Both the position numbers and the translations under genes were made by a program. A stretch of DNA of 64,000 nucleotides. Source: a virus. Location: positions 64,001 to 128,000 of the IMG/VR virus record IMGVR_UViG_3300011113_000664; one strand, given 5' to 3'. This document shows, piece by piece, positions 18,780-29,661 of this stretch (position 1 is the first letter of the stretch; every line of letters starts with the position of its first letter). A model generated the notes under the pieces. It did not search any database. It was given only the letters and a program-made list of their open reading frames with translations, and was not told the origin of the DNA.

Positions 18780-19274
18780 TTAAAGTAAATTTTTAAGATT
18801 TTGCGGTAATCTATATTCTTTTACATATGTTGCTGTAATATCATTATAGAAAGCCTTATAGTTATACATTTGATTTGATGTTGTAAAATTAGTTATTGTA
18901 TTTATTTCATAAAAACGCTTAGTATCATTATCATCAAAGAGTATAAAATCACCTCTTTTAATATCAATACCTAATTTATCCAATTCATCAATATAAACAC
19001 CTAATTTTACAGTTTCAACATTTTCATTTAGTAACATACTTCCACCAATTTTTATTTTTTCTGATGGTGGAATTGATATCCAAACACTTAATTTTACAGG
19101 GTCAAGAAATTCTTTTTCATTTGGCATACTTTCGCCATAAATATCTTTTTGTGATTTGGTTATATTAATTTGATATAAAAGAACACTAAGACTCATATCT
19201 TCATCAATATAGTCTTTTGACATTTTAATATCAACATCAAAGTCTTTTTGATTATAGAAGTTAGTTCTATTCAT
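18780..19274 (-). CDS. Head-closure/neck protein (gp14-like)
   Basis: DIYGE, DEL..LGIDIKRGDFI..YEI pattern; adjacent to the neck gene. Confidence 0.65.
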   Translation of the reverse strand: MNRTNFYNQKDFDVDIKMSKDYIDEDMSLSVLLYQINITKSQKDIYGESMPNEKEFLDPVKLSVWISIPPSEKIKIGGSMLLNENVETVKLGVYIDELDKLGIDIKRGDFILFDDNDTKRFYEINTITNFTTSNQMYNYKAFYNDITATYVKEYRLPQNLKNLL

Positions 19275-20399
19275 TTATTTCCAAATTATTTGTGTTTGTG
19301 CAGGTGCGTATGATAATACCTTATTTAAATTTTCACCAATTGATGCTTTCTTTTCCATAATTTTTTGATATGTAAATTCAGCTAAATCATCTTGTAATTC
19401 TTTAAATATTGCATCTTTTTCTTTATCATAATCATCGGCAAAATATTTATAATCAATTTCTAAAACATCATCTCTTGTTGGTAATTTAATTTTACCTGAT
19501 GTTTTTGCCCAAATAGTTGCTAAGTATTTTTTTACATATGCAACTGATAATCTTCTTACTTTATTTTTAGATGGTGAATTTAGATTATCCCATTTTTTTA
19601 ATCTAATAGGAACATCAGATGGAAGTTTTACAACATCTTCATTTTCTTCTAAACACAAATCTCTTTGATTATTATCTAATGTATCATAATAAAAATACCA
19701 TACTTTAGAACCTTCATATGATTTACCAAATTTACCAACAATTTCTTCTCTACTACCCGGAATTGGATATAAATATAATTTTTTTGTTTTATTTGGTCCA
19801 GGTGCTATTCTATATGTTAATTCACTTTGAATAATCTTTTTCTTTTGTAATCTATCCATAGTGGATAAAATTAATGAGAATGATGGTAACATTGCTTGTG
19901 CAGGAACATTGGCATAATACCATCCTGTTGGTGCGCCAAACCATCCACCACCCATACCAATTGGGTCAAGAATATTAGTTGCTATTTGTGGTGGTGTATA
20001 CCATAAAACTTCATTAATTTCTCTTCCTGATGGAATAGTATATACTTGTGTATCAGCAGAAATAGTTACATAATCACTTTTAAGTTCCCACTCACCTAAT
20101 GTTGATATACCTGTTTGCTTTCCATATGCGATGGCAAAAGATTTTTCAAAGTCAAGAGTTTTGGTTGTAAATGCTTCAACAAAGTTAGCTGAACTAATAC
20201 TTAATCCCTCTAAAGATGACCATTGTTGTTCAATTAACCAATTATCCAAATAAGAAATATAGTCCTCTATAGCCATTTCGACATATGTTTCGATAACATC
20301 ATCTGTAACCCAATCTCCGTAATCACGAACAGGTTCACCTATTGAAACTCTGATTTGTCTGTAAAGTTTTTCTTGCTCTTGTAAATCCTTAAAAATCAT
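19275..20399 (-). CDS. Neck/head-tail adaptor protein (gp13-like)
   Basis: N-terminal IG.PV..V.DD.I..YVEMAIEDY, KKLYLYPIP; size and context fit. Confidence 0.7.
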   Translation of the reverse strand: MIFKDLQEQEKLYRQIRVSIGEPVRDYGDWVTDDVIETYVEMAIEDYISYLDNWLIEQQWSSLEGLSISSANFVEAFTTKTLDFEKSFAIAYGKQTGISTLGEWELKSDYVTISADTQVYTIPSGREINEVLWYTPPQIATNILDPIGMGGGWFGAPTGWYYANVPAQAMLPSFSLILSTMDRLQKKKIIQSELTYRIAPGPNKTKKLYLYPIPGSREEIVGKFGKSYEGSKVWYFYYDTLDNNQRDLCLEENEDVVKLPSDVPIRLKKWDNLNSPSKNKVRRLSVAYVKKYLATIWAKTSGKIKLPTRDDVLEIDYKYFADDYDKEKDAIFKELQDDLAEFTYQKIMEKKASIGENLNKVLSYAPAQTQIIWK

Positions 20400-20405
20400 T
20401 ATGAC

Positions 20406-20873
20406 TTATTTATTATAAATAGTCATGATATCATCTATGCTTTTTAATTCGTTTACTTCTTCAATCTTTTCTACAATCTCGTTTTTAGGTTTCTTAACTG
20501 ATTGAGTACCACGAAGTGAATTAATTTTTTTACTGATATTTTCTTCAAGTTCTTTCTTTTCTTGTTCAAGTTTTTTATTTAATTCAAAAAGCATTTTTTC
20601 TCTTTCTAAAAATGTATTCTTTATTTGTACAAGAATGTTAAATAACTCATCAGTATGGTCTACAGATTTTAAAAGAAACTGATAAATATTATATTGTCTT
20701 CCGTTATCTTCAAATGTTTTTTTTGGATTTTCTAATATATAAACTTCATTTTCATCAAAAAATGGTGTCATATCCCAATCCGTTGGAAATGACATATAAA
20801 CATCAACAAAATCGTCAAAATTTATTTGAACGATATAATCTTTTAGTTCTTCAATTATTTTTTTAAATTTCAT
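20406..20873 (-). CDS. Hypothetical protein with C-terminal coiled coil
   Basis: ORF within a coupled operon. Confidence 0.7.
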   Translation of the reverse strand: MKFKKIIEELKDYIVQINFDDFVDVYMSFPTDWDMTPFFDENEVYILENPKKTFEDNGRQYNIYQFLLKSVDHTDELFNILVQIKNTFLEREKMLFELNKKLEQEKKELEENISKKINSLRGTQSVKKPKNEIVEKIEEVNELKSIDDIMTIYNK

Positions 20874-21073
20874 ATTAAAATATAAGTAAATATATAAGTT
20901 ATTGCTAGGTAAAAATATTGTGTTTCTCTTAAAGAAAGAGATTGAGACAATTTTTCTTGTTTTTTAATGCATCTTAAAAAGATATAGCAAACAAAAATAA
21001 AATAAATTATTGACCCACAAAGTAAAAACTTTGAAAGAAATATTGTAAAAAAGGTATAAATTAAATCTATCAT
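20870..21073 (-). CDS. Small membrane protein
   Basis: Two hydrophobic segments; ATGA overlaps at both ends. Confidence 0.65.
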   Translation of the reverse strand: MIDLIYTFFTIFLSKFLLCGSIIYFIFVCYIFLRCIKKQEKLSQSLSLRETQYFYLAITYIFTYILI

Positions 21074-21810
21074 ATGAATCTTCCTTTTGAGTTTATAGTT
21101 TTTAATTCTTTTGGTATTGGTGGTAAAAGTTTGTTTTTTGCATTTTCATTAACTTGTTTTTTCTCTAATTCCGGCTCTATTAACTCAGTAATTGTATAAG
21201 AAGGTAAATCATTATAAATATAATACGTTTTATTGGTTTTATCTAAAATTATTTTAAAATAATTTTTTCGACTATCTTTTTCTTGTCCACATTGAAAAAA
21301 TCTTAATTTACCGTTTGCTGCATTAAAAAAGGATATTTTTAAGTAAAATGTATCACCGCTTTCTAAAAGATATTGGGGTATGTAAACACTTCTAAATTCT
21401 TTTGAAAGTTTTTTATTATCAAAATTTATAGATGCGCTTGTGTTAAATATAGAAAAAATTTTACTTAATTTAGTAAAATTTCTAGAAATTAATTTTTGTG
21501 TATTTTCAACAAAACTATCGTAAATATCAAATAAATAAAAAGATTCATTTATAAATGCATAAGTTACTAATCCAATATCTGTATATGATGTAAGATTATT
21601 TGCAAATTTTACATTTAAAGTAAAATTAGATTTTGGTATAAATGATACATGTTCAACATCTTGCTCCTCCATTAAAGATTCATCAAGAGTTTTTTCTACC
21701 TCATAATCAATATATTTTTTTATTGATTCACTTTTATTAGAAAAATCATGAATTTGACTAATATTTAAATTAATATTTATATCGCTATTATTATTTAATA
21801 ATCTTAACAT
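21070..21810 (-). CDS. Putative virion structural (baseplate/tail) protein
   Basis: Member of a late operon; N/F/Y-rich. Confidence 0.55.
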   Translation of the reverse strand: MLRLLNNNSDININLNISQIHDFSNKSESIKKYIDYEVEKTLDESLMEEQDVEHVSFIPKSNFTLNVKFANNLTSYTDIGLVTYAFINESFYLFDIYDSFVENTQKLISRNFTKLSKIFSIFNTSASINFDNKKLSKEFRSVYIPQYLLESGDTFYLKISFFNAANGKLRFFQCGQEKDSRKNYFKIILDKTNKTYYIYNDLPSYTITELIEPELEKKQVNENAKNKLLPPIPKELKTINSKGRFI

Positions 21811-23306
21811 ATTGATTTTAATTTTCTAACATTAACTTTTATATTATCTTTATTAAATGTATAATTATTAATTTTATAATCCCCTAAGAATTCATTCACC
21901 AAAATGAATGTATTTCTATCAGATAAATCAGGTTTTAAATAAAATAATACATCATCAAAAATATAATGATTATTGTTTACAAATGGATAATCGTAATTTT
22001 CCGCATCTCCATAAATTAGTAATTCTCTCCATATATATCTATCTTGATAGAGAATTGCATTTTGAGGTATTTCTATAATATTTTGAGTATTTGCTGTATA
22101 GACTTCATTTAAAAAGTCACTATATCTTTTTAAACCAATTTTTTTAAATGGATTAAATTTAAACCAAAAATCTATCAATACATACTTATCTACATTACTA
22201 CTAAAGTAAGTAAATGAACTATAATTTTCATTTGTATAACTTGTAAAAGCAGATACGTCACTTATAAATGTTCTTTTTTCATCTTTATATGTGATTTTTA
22301 AAAGATATTCTTTTTCTAAAATGTTATTAAATGAATAATTTTCTTTATTAAAATAAACATAATTTCCTTCCACATTTGATAAATCAAAGGTTGCCATTTT
22401 TATTTCTTTAATATTTGTATTTACAACTTTTTTATTATAATCACCATTTCCAATATCAAGATAATTTCTAATAAATCTTAAATTTTTTGAAATATTAGAA
22501 TCGGATATTTCTAAATTATATATTCTAAAAAATAAATCAAGTTTTGATGAAAAATATTTTTTAAAATCGTTTACTGTGAAATTACTACCAATAACAATAT
22601 CATTTATTTGCGAATTAGTAAATGCTGTTGTATTTGCTGAATAACCAAATGTACTAGTTGAATCTATTTCATTTACATAATCAGTTACACCACTATAATA
22701 TAGTTTTTCATAAATTGTTAAATTTGAATCAACTTTTGGTGTAAAACCAAGATAAATACTATTGTCATAGATAAGTTCTGTATTTGTTGATGAGGATAAA
22801 AAAATTAATTCTTTTGGGTCAAGAATTGAAGTATTAAATCTAAAGTGGTAATTTCTTTCTCCAAATAGATTTCTAGAGTATGTAAAATAATTTAAAACAG
22901 AATCACCTGAAACAGCTTGTAATTTTTCAAAAAATGTACTACTTGAATAATTGTAAGTATCTTGTATTTTTTTTAATCTAAATAATTTTATGTCAAAAAA
23001 ATTTTCTAAATTAAAAAATGTATTTGTAATACTTTCTCTAAAAAAATTATTTATAACACTTTCTGTTGCACTTGTAAAAATTCCACCATTTTTTTTATCC
23101 CTTAAAAAAGAAAAATAATTAACATTACCATATATTCTATATTTATATGATTCATTTCTTTCCTTTGTAAATAATTCAGTTAAAGAAATAACTTTACTAT
23201 TATTAAACTCATTTAATTCATTAAAATTTGTTTTTAATGATAGATTTAAAGATAAATCCTCATCTTGCGCTAATAAATATCTCTTATTTGGTTTTATCTG
23301 CTCCAT
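21804..23306 (-). CDS. Putative virion structural (baseplate/tail) protein
   Basis: Member of a late operon; ERNESYKYRIYG, WRELL.YG, YPFVNNNHY. Confidence 0.55.
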   Translation of the reverse strand: MEQIKPNKRYLLAQDEDLSLNLSLKTNFNELNEFNNSKVISLTELFTKERNESYKYRIYGNVNYFSFLRDKKNGGIFTSATESVINNFFRESITNTFFNLENFFDIKLFRLKKIQDTYNYSSSTFFEKLQAVSGDSVLNYFTYSRNLFGERNYHFRFNTSILDPKELIFLSSSTNTELIYDNSIYLGFTPKVDSNLTIYEKLYYSGVTDYVNEIDSTSTFGYSANTTAFTNSQINDIVIGSNFTVNDFKKYFSSKLDLFFRIYNLEISDSNISKNLRFIRNYLDIGNGDYNKKVVNTNIKEIKMATFDLSNVEGNYVYFNKENYSFNNILEKEYLLKITYKDEKRTFISDVSAFTSYTNENYSSFTYFSSNVDKYVLIDFWFKFNPFKKIGLKRYSDFLNEVYTANTQNIIEIPQNAILYQDRYIWRELLIYGDAENYDYPFVNNNHYIFDDVLFYLKPDLSDRNTFILVNEFLGDYKINNYTFNKDNIKVNVRKLKSIC

Positions 23307-25675
23307 TAAAATATTTTAATTTTATCAAATAAATATTTAATTATGTGATTTTTATTTGAACCTGCTAAAGATTCATTTGTAGTGTTAGTATTATACTGCC
23401 CTAATAAAAAGTAACGCTCTCGTACATCATCCCCATTATCTTGATTTAAATAAAATAAACGACCAACTGATGGTGATTCACTATTAAGATAGTTAGCCTG
23501 TAACCCTCTTGCATTTGGGTCATCATAAGGTTGTTCAGAATTATCCTTTCTTGGATAATTTCCTTTTAACATATTATTTGGTATTTTAACACCCAATTGT
23601 GTAACTTCTACTGTATCTGTACCACCTGTCGCATTTATAATTGTTGCATTAAGTTTATAATCATATAAAAATAATAAATCTTCTTTGTTTACTTTAAAAA
23701 AATTTGTTTTTATTGTTTGTCCATTTGCTAATAAAAAAACTATATCTGTACTGTTATTTAAACCAATATCAGAGTTTCTTTTTATTTTTGCACCAATTCC
23801 ATCTGATACTTGGCTATTAGGTTTTGACCTTAATGGTACTGCTTGCGCTCCATAATATACATAACTATCACTACTTAGTAGATAAGTACCAGTACCAAAA
23901 TTTATAAAATATAAAGAAAAATTCATCCATTGACTTTTTAGGGAAAATTGATAATAAAGAAAATTATCACCAAAAGTAGTATTAAAAGGACTCCTTCCTG
24001 CTTTAATATGATTATAAAAATTTAAATATTCAGGAAATAATATATTTGAATTAGGTTTATAATCATTTTGATTGGATATAAAAGATTTTGGAGTATAGCC
24101 AAAATTTAATATATTAGTTTGTATGTTTGTTTTTTCATCATTTAATGCTAAAGCAACACCTCTTGTTTCATTATATTGGGTTATACCATAAATTTCACCA
24201 AAATCAAATTTAAAATGTTTCCATATCCAAGGTCTTCTTATTGGATTAGTGGTTGCATTTTCATTATAACCATAAAGTTGGGGAACTTTAAGTTTTATTG
24301 TTTTAATATTAGGGGCTGGTTGATAATTAGTTGTATCAAACCAAAAATAACCTCTAAAAGCGGTAAAAAGACCTAACTCATTATCATCATTTACTGAAAC
24401 TATTTCACCAAATTCATTTGTTATAATTTTATTTCTATCACAAGGTAGTAATACAACTAAATTACCGTTTTCTTTAAAAACAGTATATTTAGAATTGTCT
24501 AAAATTGCAATATCATTATCATAATCATATTTATCATATATTGAATTAAAAGTAGTATTTTCATAATTGTTAAGTATTTCTGCATCCATATCTGAAACTG
24601 TGTTTTTGATTGTAAAAACTCTTAAATCAAAATCACCTTTAACATGAAGTCTTATTTGTGAATCATTAGCCAATTCATTTGTTGGTGTAAAATCTCCACT
24701 ATCATCACCACTAAATCCATTTGAGTCTGTTAAACCAGCATTTTCATCACTAAAATTTGGAATTGGGTTTCTACTACCTTGCCAATAATGATTGGGATTC
24801 ATAGTAAAATAATTACTTATTACAGTAACAAATGGTTTTACTGATTTAATCAAATTAAAATCTAATCTATTAATTCCAACATTTGTATTATTTATATTTT
24901 GTGACCATAAAGGTTTGACTGTAATTGTTTTATTCTGTATATCAATATTTGGAAGTTCTTCTAATGGTATATCAGGATTCATTGACCCACCATCTTCTGT
25001 AAAAAAAATATCAGGATATCCTTCAGATTTTAAAATTGCAGGTGATGTTGAAAACACACCAATATCAGTAACATCACAAGACATATTAACTGTATATGTT
25101 TTATTTGATGGTACAACTAAAATATAATCACCACTTTCATTTGTAGTGGTAGAATATTTATAATATTTATCAAAAACATATGCAAGAGTTTCATTTGTTA
25201 TTATCTCTTCTTTTTCAGGAAATGTACCAACAGGGCTTTTTGGTGTAACACCTATTCCTAAATCATTTTCAGGAAAACCATTAAATCCTCTAAATCTTCT
25301 GTATTTTGGTAAAAGATTGTAAATTTTTCCATTTCCATCTTTATCATAAACTGTTTGAAAAGGATATATGGCTGCTGCTTCTATTTTTTTAATATCATCT
25401 AATCTTGTTGGGTTAGCAATAGTTTCTTCTTCGGAAGAAATAAAAACCGAAATTCTACAATTTGGTATTCCAACACCTCTACCTAAAACTCTTCCAACTA
25501 TAATCCCATAATCAGCATCAAATAATCTATAAATATCTTTTTGAAAGATTTTTAAAGATAAAATATCCAAAGATTCATAAGTTTGGTCAAGATTAACATT
25601 TAAAAACTTATCACCAATATCTGTCCTAACTCTCAAAGACTTATGGTTTACATTATCAGAATTTATAAAATTCAT
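23306..25675 (-). CDS. Putative virion structural protein with N-terminal prealbumin-like beta-sandwich
   Basis: GIIVGRV..GIPNCRISVF..TTTNESGDY pattern; first gene after the late motif at 25696-25704. Confidence 0.55.
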   Translation of the reverse strand: MNFINSDNVNHKSLRVRTDIGDKFLNVNLDQTYESLDILSLKIFQKDIYRLFDADYGIIVGRVLGRGVGIPNCRISVFISSEEETIANPTRLDDIKKIEAAAIYPFQTVYDKDGNGKIYNLLPKYRRFRGFNGFPENDLGIGVTPKSPVGTFPEKEEIITNETLAYVFDKYYKYSTTTNESGDYILVVPSNKTYTVNMSCDVTDIGVFSTSPAILKSEGYPDIFFTEDGGSMNPDIPLEELPNIDIQNKTITVKPLWSQNINNTNVGINRLDFNLIKSVKPFVTVISNYFTMNPNHYWQGSRNPIPNFSDENAGLTDSNGFSGDDSGDFTPTNELANDSQIRLHVKGDFDLRVFTIKNTVSDMDAEILNNYENTTFNSIYDKYDYDNDIAILDNSKYTVFKENGNLVVLLPCDRNKIITNEFGEIVSVNDDNELGLFTAFRGYFWFDTTNYQPAPNIKTIKLKVPQLYGYNENATTNPIRRPWIWKHFKFDFGEIYGITQYNETRGVALALNDEKTNIQTNILNFGYTPKSFISNQNDYKPNSNILFPEYLNFYNHIKAGRSPFNTTFGDNFLYYQFSLKSQWMNFSLYFINFGTGTYLLSSDSYVYYGAQAVPLRSKPNSQVSDGIGAKIKRNSDIGLNNSTDIVFLLANGQTIKTNFFKVNKEDLLFLYDYKLNATIINATGGTDTVEVTQLGVKIPNNMLKGNYPRKDNSEQPYDDPNARGLQANYLNSESPSVGRLFYLNQDNGDDVRERYFLLGQYNTNTTNESLAGSNKNHIIKYLFDKIKIF

Positions 25676-25695
25676 ATTTCTAAAGATACTTTTTA

Positions 25696-25719
25696 ATAAA
25701 TAGTTCTTAACTATTTATA
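25696..25719. promoter_or_regulatory. Back-to-back late-promoter motifs
   Basis: ATAAATAGT (minus) and ACTATTTATA (plus). Confidence 0.75.
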
Positions 25720-25733
25720 AAAAATTGATTTAA

Positions 25734-28700
25734 GTGGCAAAAAAAATAAAATATGTTGGTAGTACACCTGTAAATAAAGATTCACAACCTTCATTTTCAA
25801 ACTTCAATGATACTTTTCAAACTACCATTTTTAATGGTGATATTGGTTTATCTACTAAATTTACAACCAATGAAACTATAAAAAGAGAAAGTAGGATTAT
25901 TGTAACACAGAAAAATGTAACATTAAGTGATTTAAAAATTTCAAATTTAGACCAATTAAATAAATTTGTTAACCTTACAAATAAACTAAAACTTAATAAT
26001 GATAAAACAAATTTATCAAGTTATGCAGTTTATGGTTCATTAAAAGAAAAATATAGAATTACTGTAAATAATGTCATAAATAAATTTGTTGGTGGTTTAT
26101 TTATGAATTCATATCTTAGTGGAACACCATATAATACTTTATTAGATTATACATATGATGATATTACAGAAATATCCACATTTAGAATTCCTATAACAGT
26201 TGTTGAAAATCCATTTTTTATAAATTTAAGCACATTTAATTCAAATGAGTCATTAAATATTGATAATCTTATTACAAGATATCAAGATTATGTTTTAACA
26301 TATAATGATGTTAATTATCATATAAATGGTTTTACAGGTTTTACTAGTGGTAATTCAGCTTATTTATATTTTAGTGTAAATGATAATCCATTTTCAGGAA
26401 ATTCTACACCACAAAATATTGGTTATGATTTTTTAATTAAACCAAATGATATTGAATTTAATAAATTTTATGATTCGTTAAGTGAACTTGAAAGATATTT
26501 TTTAAATAAAAATTCAACCCCAAAATATAGTTTTTCTTTTAAAATACCTAAAGTCGATGAAGATGGTAATTTGACTTTTTCTGAATATGTATTTAACTTT
26601 CCAATAAGATATGATGGTTATAATTTGGATACTGAATCCATAAGTTATGTTGTATTTTTGGAAAAATTATTTGAGATTGGTGATTTATATGATGAATATA
26701 AATCAAATTTAATTTTAAGGAAATTAATTCCAAAAACATTACTTGATTTGGATATAACCAATCCATATAAATCTGAATCAATATTTAAGATTTATGGAAA
26801 GGAAATTGATGAAATAAAAATGTTCATTGATTCTTTAATGAACATTAATGCCACATCATATGATAAAGTAAATAATATTCCCGATGCATTAATTAAGAAT
26901 TTAGCAAAAACTTTAAGTTGGAATGGTAAAAATATAATTACTAGTAACGATTTAGCATCATCTATTTTTGCAAATGACAATGCAGGTGGTACTAATCAAA
27001 CAGCATCATTAGCAGAAGTTGATATAGAAATTTGGAGAAGAATTGTTATTAATACCGCTTGGTTTATGAAATCAAAAGGTACAAGAAAAGTTCTTGAAGC
27101 AATATTTAGTTTTATTGGCGCACCTGAATGTTTATCTGTTATTAATGAATATATTTATGTGGTTGATGGTAAAATTAATCCAAGTAATGTTGACCCAAGT
27201 ATTTTAATTGATACAGGAACAACTCAAACAATACCAATTCCTTATGATGAAGATGGTTATCCTATTGCCCCAATTCCTACATCTAGTATTTATTTTCAAA
27301 ATAATGGTAATGAGGATAGTGGTCAATTTTATATTAATCTTTATAGAAAACTTGGTTTTAATATAACAAAAACTATTGATAATAAAAAATCTTGGGTTTA
27401 CTATGAAACTGCCAATACACATTCTTCTACAGGAAGAAACACATATTATGAAGTAAATGATTCAAGATTAATAATAAACACAAAAGAAATTTCAGTAAAT
27501 TTAGATATTGCTAATGCGATTGAATGTGATGTATATAATTTCAATAAAATAAATAATTATCCTGTTACAGATACAGGTAGAACAATACCTTACCCACAAA
27601 GAGAAACAAATAAATTTAATGCTAATTCATTAACTTTTGCACAATACGTTGATAGAATTTATTCCACATTCATAAACGCTCAAAATAGAAAAGTTAGCGA
27701 TTCAGCAATTGGTTCTTATTATCCATCATTAACAAAACTTTATTATGATTATCTAAACGAATCTTTTAATGATATTGGTGTAGAATCTAACAAAAGAAGA
27801 TTCAGAGAGTTAATGAAATATGTTGATAATATTGATGGTATATTCAATGATTTTGTTGAACAATTTATTCCTGCAACGGCTATACTTATTGATAAAGGTG
27901 TAAAAATTAGAAATACTATATTTACTCCTCAAAAATTTGTTTATAAACAAGGTATTGATGATGGTTCTGAATTTGAAGGTGCTGTAAAAGGTAAAGAAGA
28001 AAATCCAAAACAAAATGTAGTAATAATTGAAACAGAGTTTTTTGATACATATGAAGATAGTATAAATGTCGCTACAATTTCAACTGAGGTTGCAAGTAGT
28101 AATTCAGGTAGTATTGATACTCCTACATATGGAGAAACTACTACTACTAAAAATATACAACCTGTTTGGGATGGTGTTATTTGTGAAAATGAAGCACCAA
28201 GTTTTGCTATCACAGGTGCAACCAAAATAGAATTATCAAGTTTAACTAATAATGAAATTTTTAATAAGACAACAGGAACAACACATACATTAACTTTTAA
28301 TTTCACATCTGCAACTGAAACATTATCGGCATCTACAACAGAATTTTATTTTAACATACATCAATATGATAAATTACCAAGTGTATTAGGTTTTAGTGAT
28401 ACATCAATATATACTTTTAGTGCTTCATCAACCGCATTTACAACATCATCCACAATAAGTGTTGATATACCTTCTTCTGTTTTAAGTTGTGATTCTGAAT
28501 ATATTATAAAACCTTATTTTAAAATAAATACTTGTGCAGAATCGGGGCAAACATTTACAGCTTCAAGCCCATACACAATGTATGAAAGATTCCTTTATAA
28601 TGAATATTATAATTTTTATCCAACTAATTTAGTTGAAAGATTTTTTGATTATACTAAATTTAAATTATCAACAGGATTAACTGTTTCAACATTAATACCT

Positions 28701-29660
28701 AATAGTCAATATACACCATTATTTAGGAATTATAACACTAGCTATGATTATTATTTTATTTCTTTATGTGATGCACCACAACCTTTATTTAATTTCTTTG
28801 GTATAGGTTTTGAAACACAAGGCTTAATAACTGAAACAATACCTGTTAATAGTACAAATTTTACAAATTTTAATGTATCATTTAAACCAATTGGTGATAT
28901 AATTCTCGCTGTTAATGGTGTTACAATATTAAAAGACCTTGAATATAGTGCTGAAACATCAACATTAATACCACCATCAATAAGGGATTTAAGTTTTAAT
29001 CTTACCAATCCATTAACATCTGAATATAATGATGTATTAACTGTTAGTTATTATAAAAATTCAGATAATGGACAAAAATTAATTAAAGAAAATTTTGAAT
29101 ATACAGCTTCAACAAATATTTCATCAACAGGTATAAATTTTTATATTGATTTAACATATCAATTAGCAGGTGGAGATGTTGTTGTATATTGGAATGGTCT
29201 TATGTTATCTCAAGGCTCTGATTATACTTTTTCAACTTTAAATGGTAATAGAATTATTTTGAATTCTACAATATCCCTTATCAATGGTGATTTTATATCT
29301 GTAGTTTATTTTACACCTTTAACAACATCAATTGCAATTGTAAATTTAACAGGTAGTTCTATATCTTGGAATATTAATACATTAATATCTGATAATGCTA
29401 CAGGTAATTTTATACACGAATTCTATGATTTATCTAACACAGGTTTAACAGGTACAAGTTTATATTCATTAAATACTACTTATCAATATAATACATATAG
29501 TTTTTCACAAGCATTTGATTGGGCAAATTCGCCACCATTAATAGTTGGACAAATTTATAACTATAGAATAAAATCAGAAAAATATTTTAAAACAATAAAT
29601 AATATTGGGTTTACATCAACAACTTATAGTAATGCTATAAAAGTTAAATTACCTACTTAA
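25734..29660 (+). CDS. Large baseplate wedge protein (gp7/P2 gpI-like core plus C-terminal beta modules)
   Basis: LAKTLSW..WRRIVIN..KSKGTRK (gpI-like KGT motif); VNG..DLEY and WNG..GSDY modules; GTG start. Confidence 0.65.
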   Translation: MAKKIKYVGSTPVNKDSQPSFSNFNDTFQTTIFNGDIGLSTKFTTNETIKRESRIIVTQKNVTLSDLKISNLDQLNKFVNLTNKLKLNNDKTNLSSYAVYGSLKEKYRITVNNVINKFVGGLFMNSYLSGTPYNTLLDYTYDDITEISTFRIPITVVENPFFINLSTFNSNESLNIDNLITRYQDYVLTYNDVNYHINGFTGFTSGNSAYLYFSVNDNPFSGNSTPQNIGYDFLIKPNDIEFNKFYDSLSELERYFLNKNSTPKYSFSFKIPKVDEDGNLTFSEYVFNFPIRYDGYNLDTESISYVVFLEKLFEIGDLYDEYKSNLILRKLIPKTLLDLDITNPYKSESIFKIYGKEIDEIKMFIDSLMNINATSYDKVNNIPDALIKNLAKTLSWNGKNIITSNDLASSIFANDNAGGTNQTASLAEVDIEIWRRIVINTAWFMKSKGTRKVLEAIFSFIGAPECLSVINEYIYVVDGKINPSNVDPSILIDTGTTQTIPIPYDEDGYPIAPIPTSSIYFQNNGNEDSGQFYINLYRKLGFNITKTIDNKKSWVYYETANTHSSTGRNTYYEVNDSRLIINTKEISVNLDIANAIECDVYNFNKINNYPVTDTGRTIPYPQRETNKFNANSLTFAQYVDRIYSTFINAQNRKVSDSAIGSYYPSLTKLYYDYLNESFNDIGVESNKRRFRELMKYVDNIDGIFNDFVEQFIPATAILIDKGVKIRNTIFTPQKFVYKQGIDDGSEFEGAVKGKEENPKQNVVIIETEFFDTYEDSINVATISTEVASSNSGSIDTPTYGETTTTKNIQPVWDGVICENEAPSFAITGATKIELSSLTNNEIFNKTTGTTHTLTFNFTSATETLSASTTEFYFNIHQYDKLPSVLGFSDTSIYTFSASSTAFTTSSTISVDIPSSVLSCDSEYIIKPYFKINTCAESGQTFTASSPYTMYERFLYNEYYNFYPTNLVERFFDYTKFKLSTGLTVSTLIPNSQYTPLFRNYNTSYDYYFISLCDAPQPLFNFFGIGFETQGLITETIPVNSTNFTNFNVSFKPIGDIILAVNGVTILKDLEYSAETSTLIPPSIRDLSFNLTNPLTSEYNDVLTVSYYKNSDNGQKLIKENFEYTASTNISSTGINFYIDLTYQLAGGDVVVYWNGLMLSQGSDYTFSTLNGNRIILNSTISLINGDFISVVYFTPLTTSIAIVNLTGSSISWNINTLISDNATGNFIHEFYDLSNTGLTGTSLYSLNTTYQYNTYSFSQAFDWANSPPLIVGQIYNYRIKSEKYFKTINNIGFTSTTYSNAIKVKLPT

Positions 29661-29661
29661 T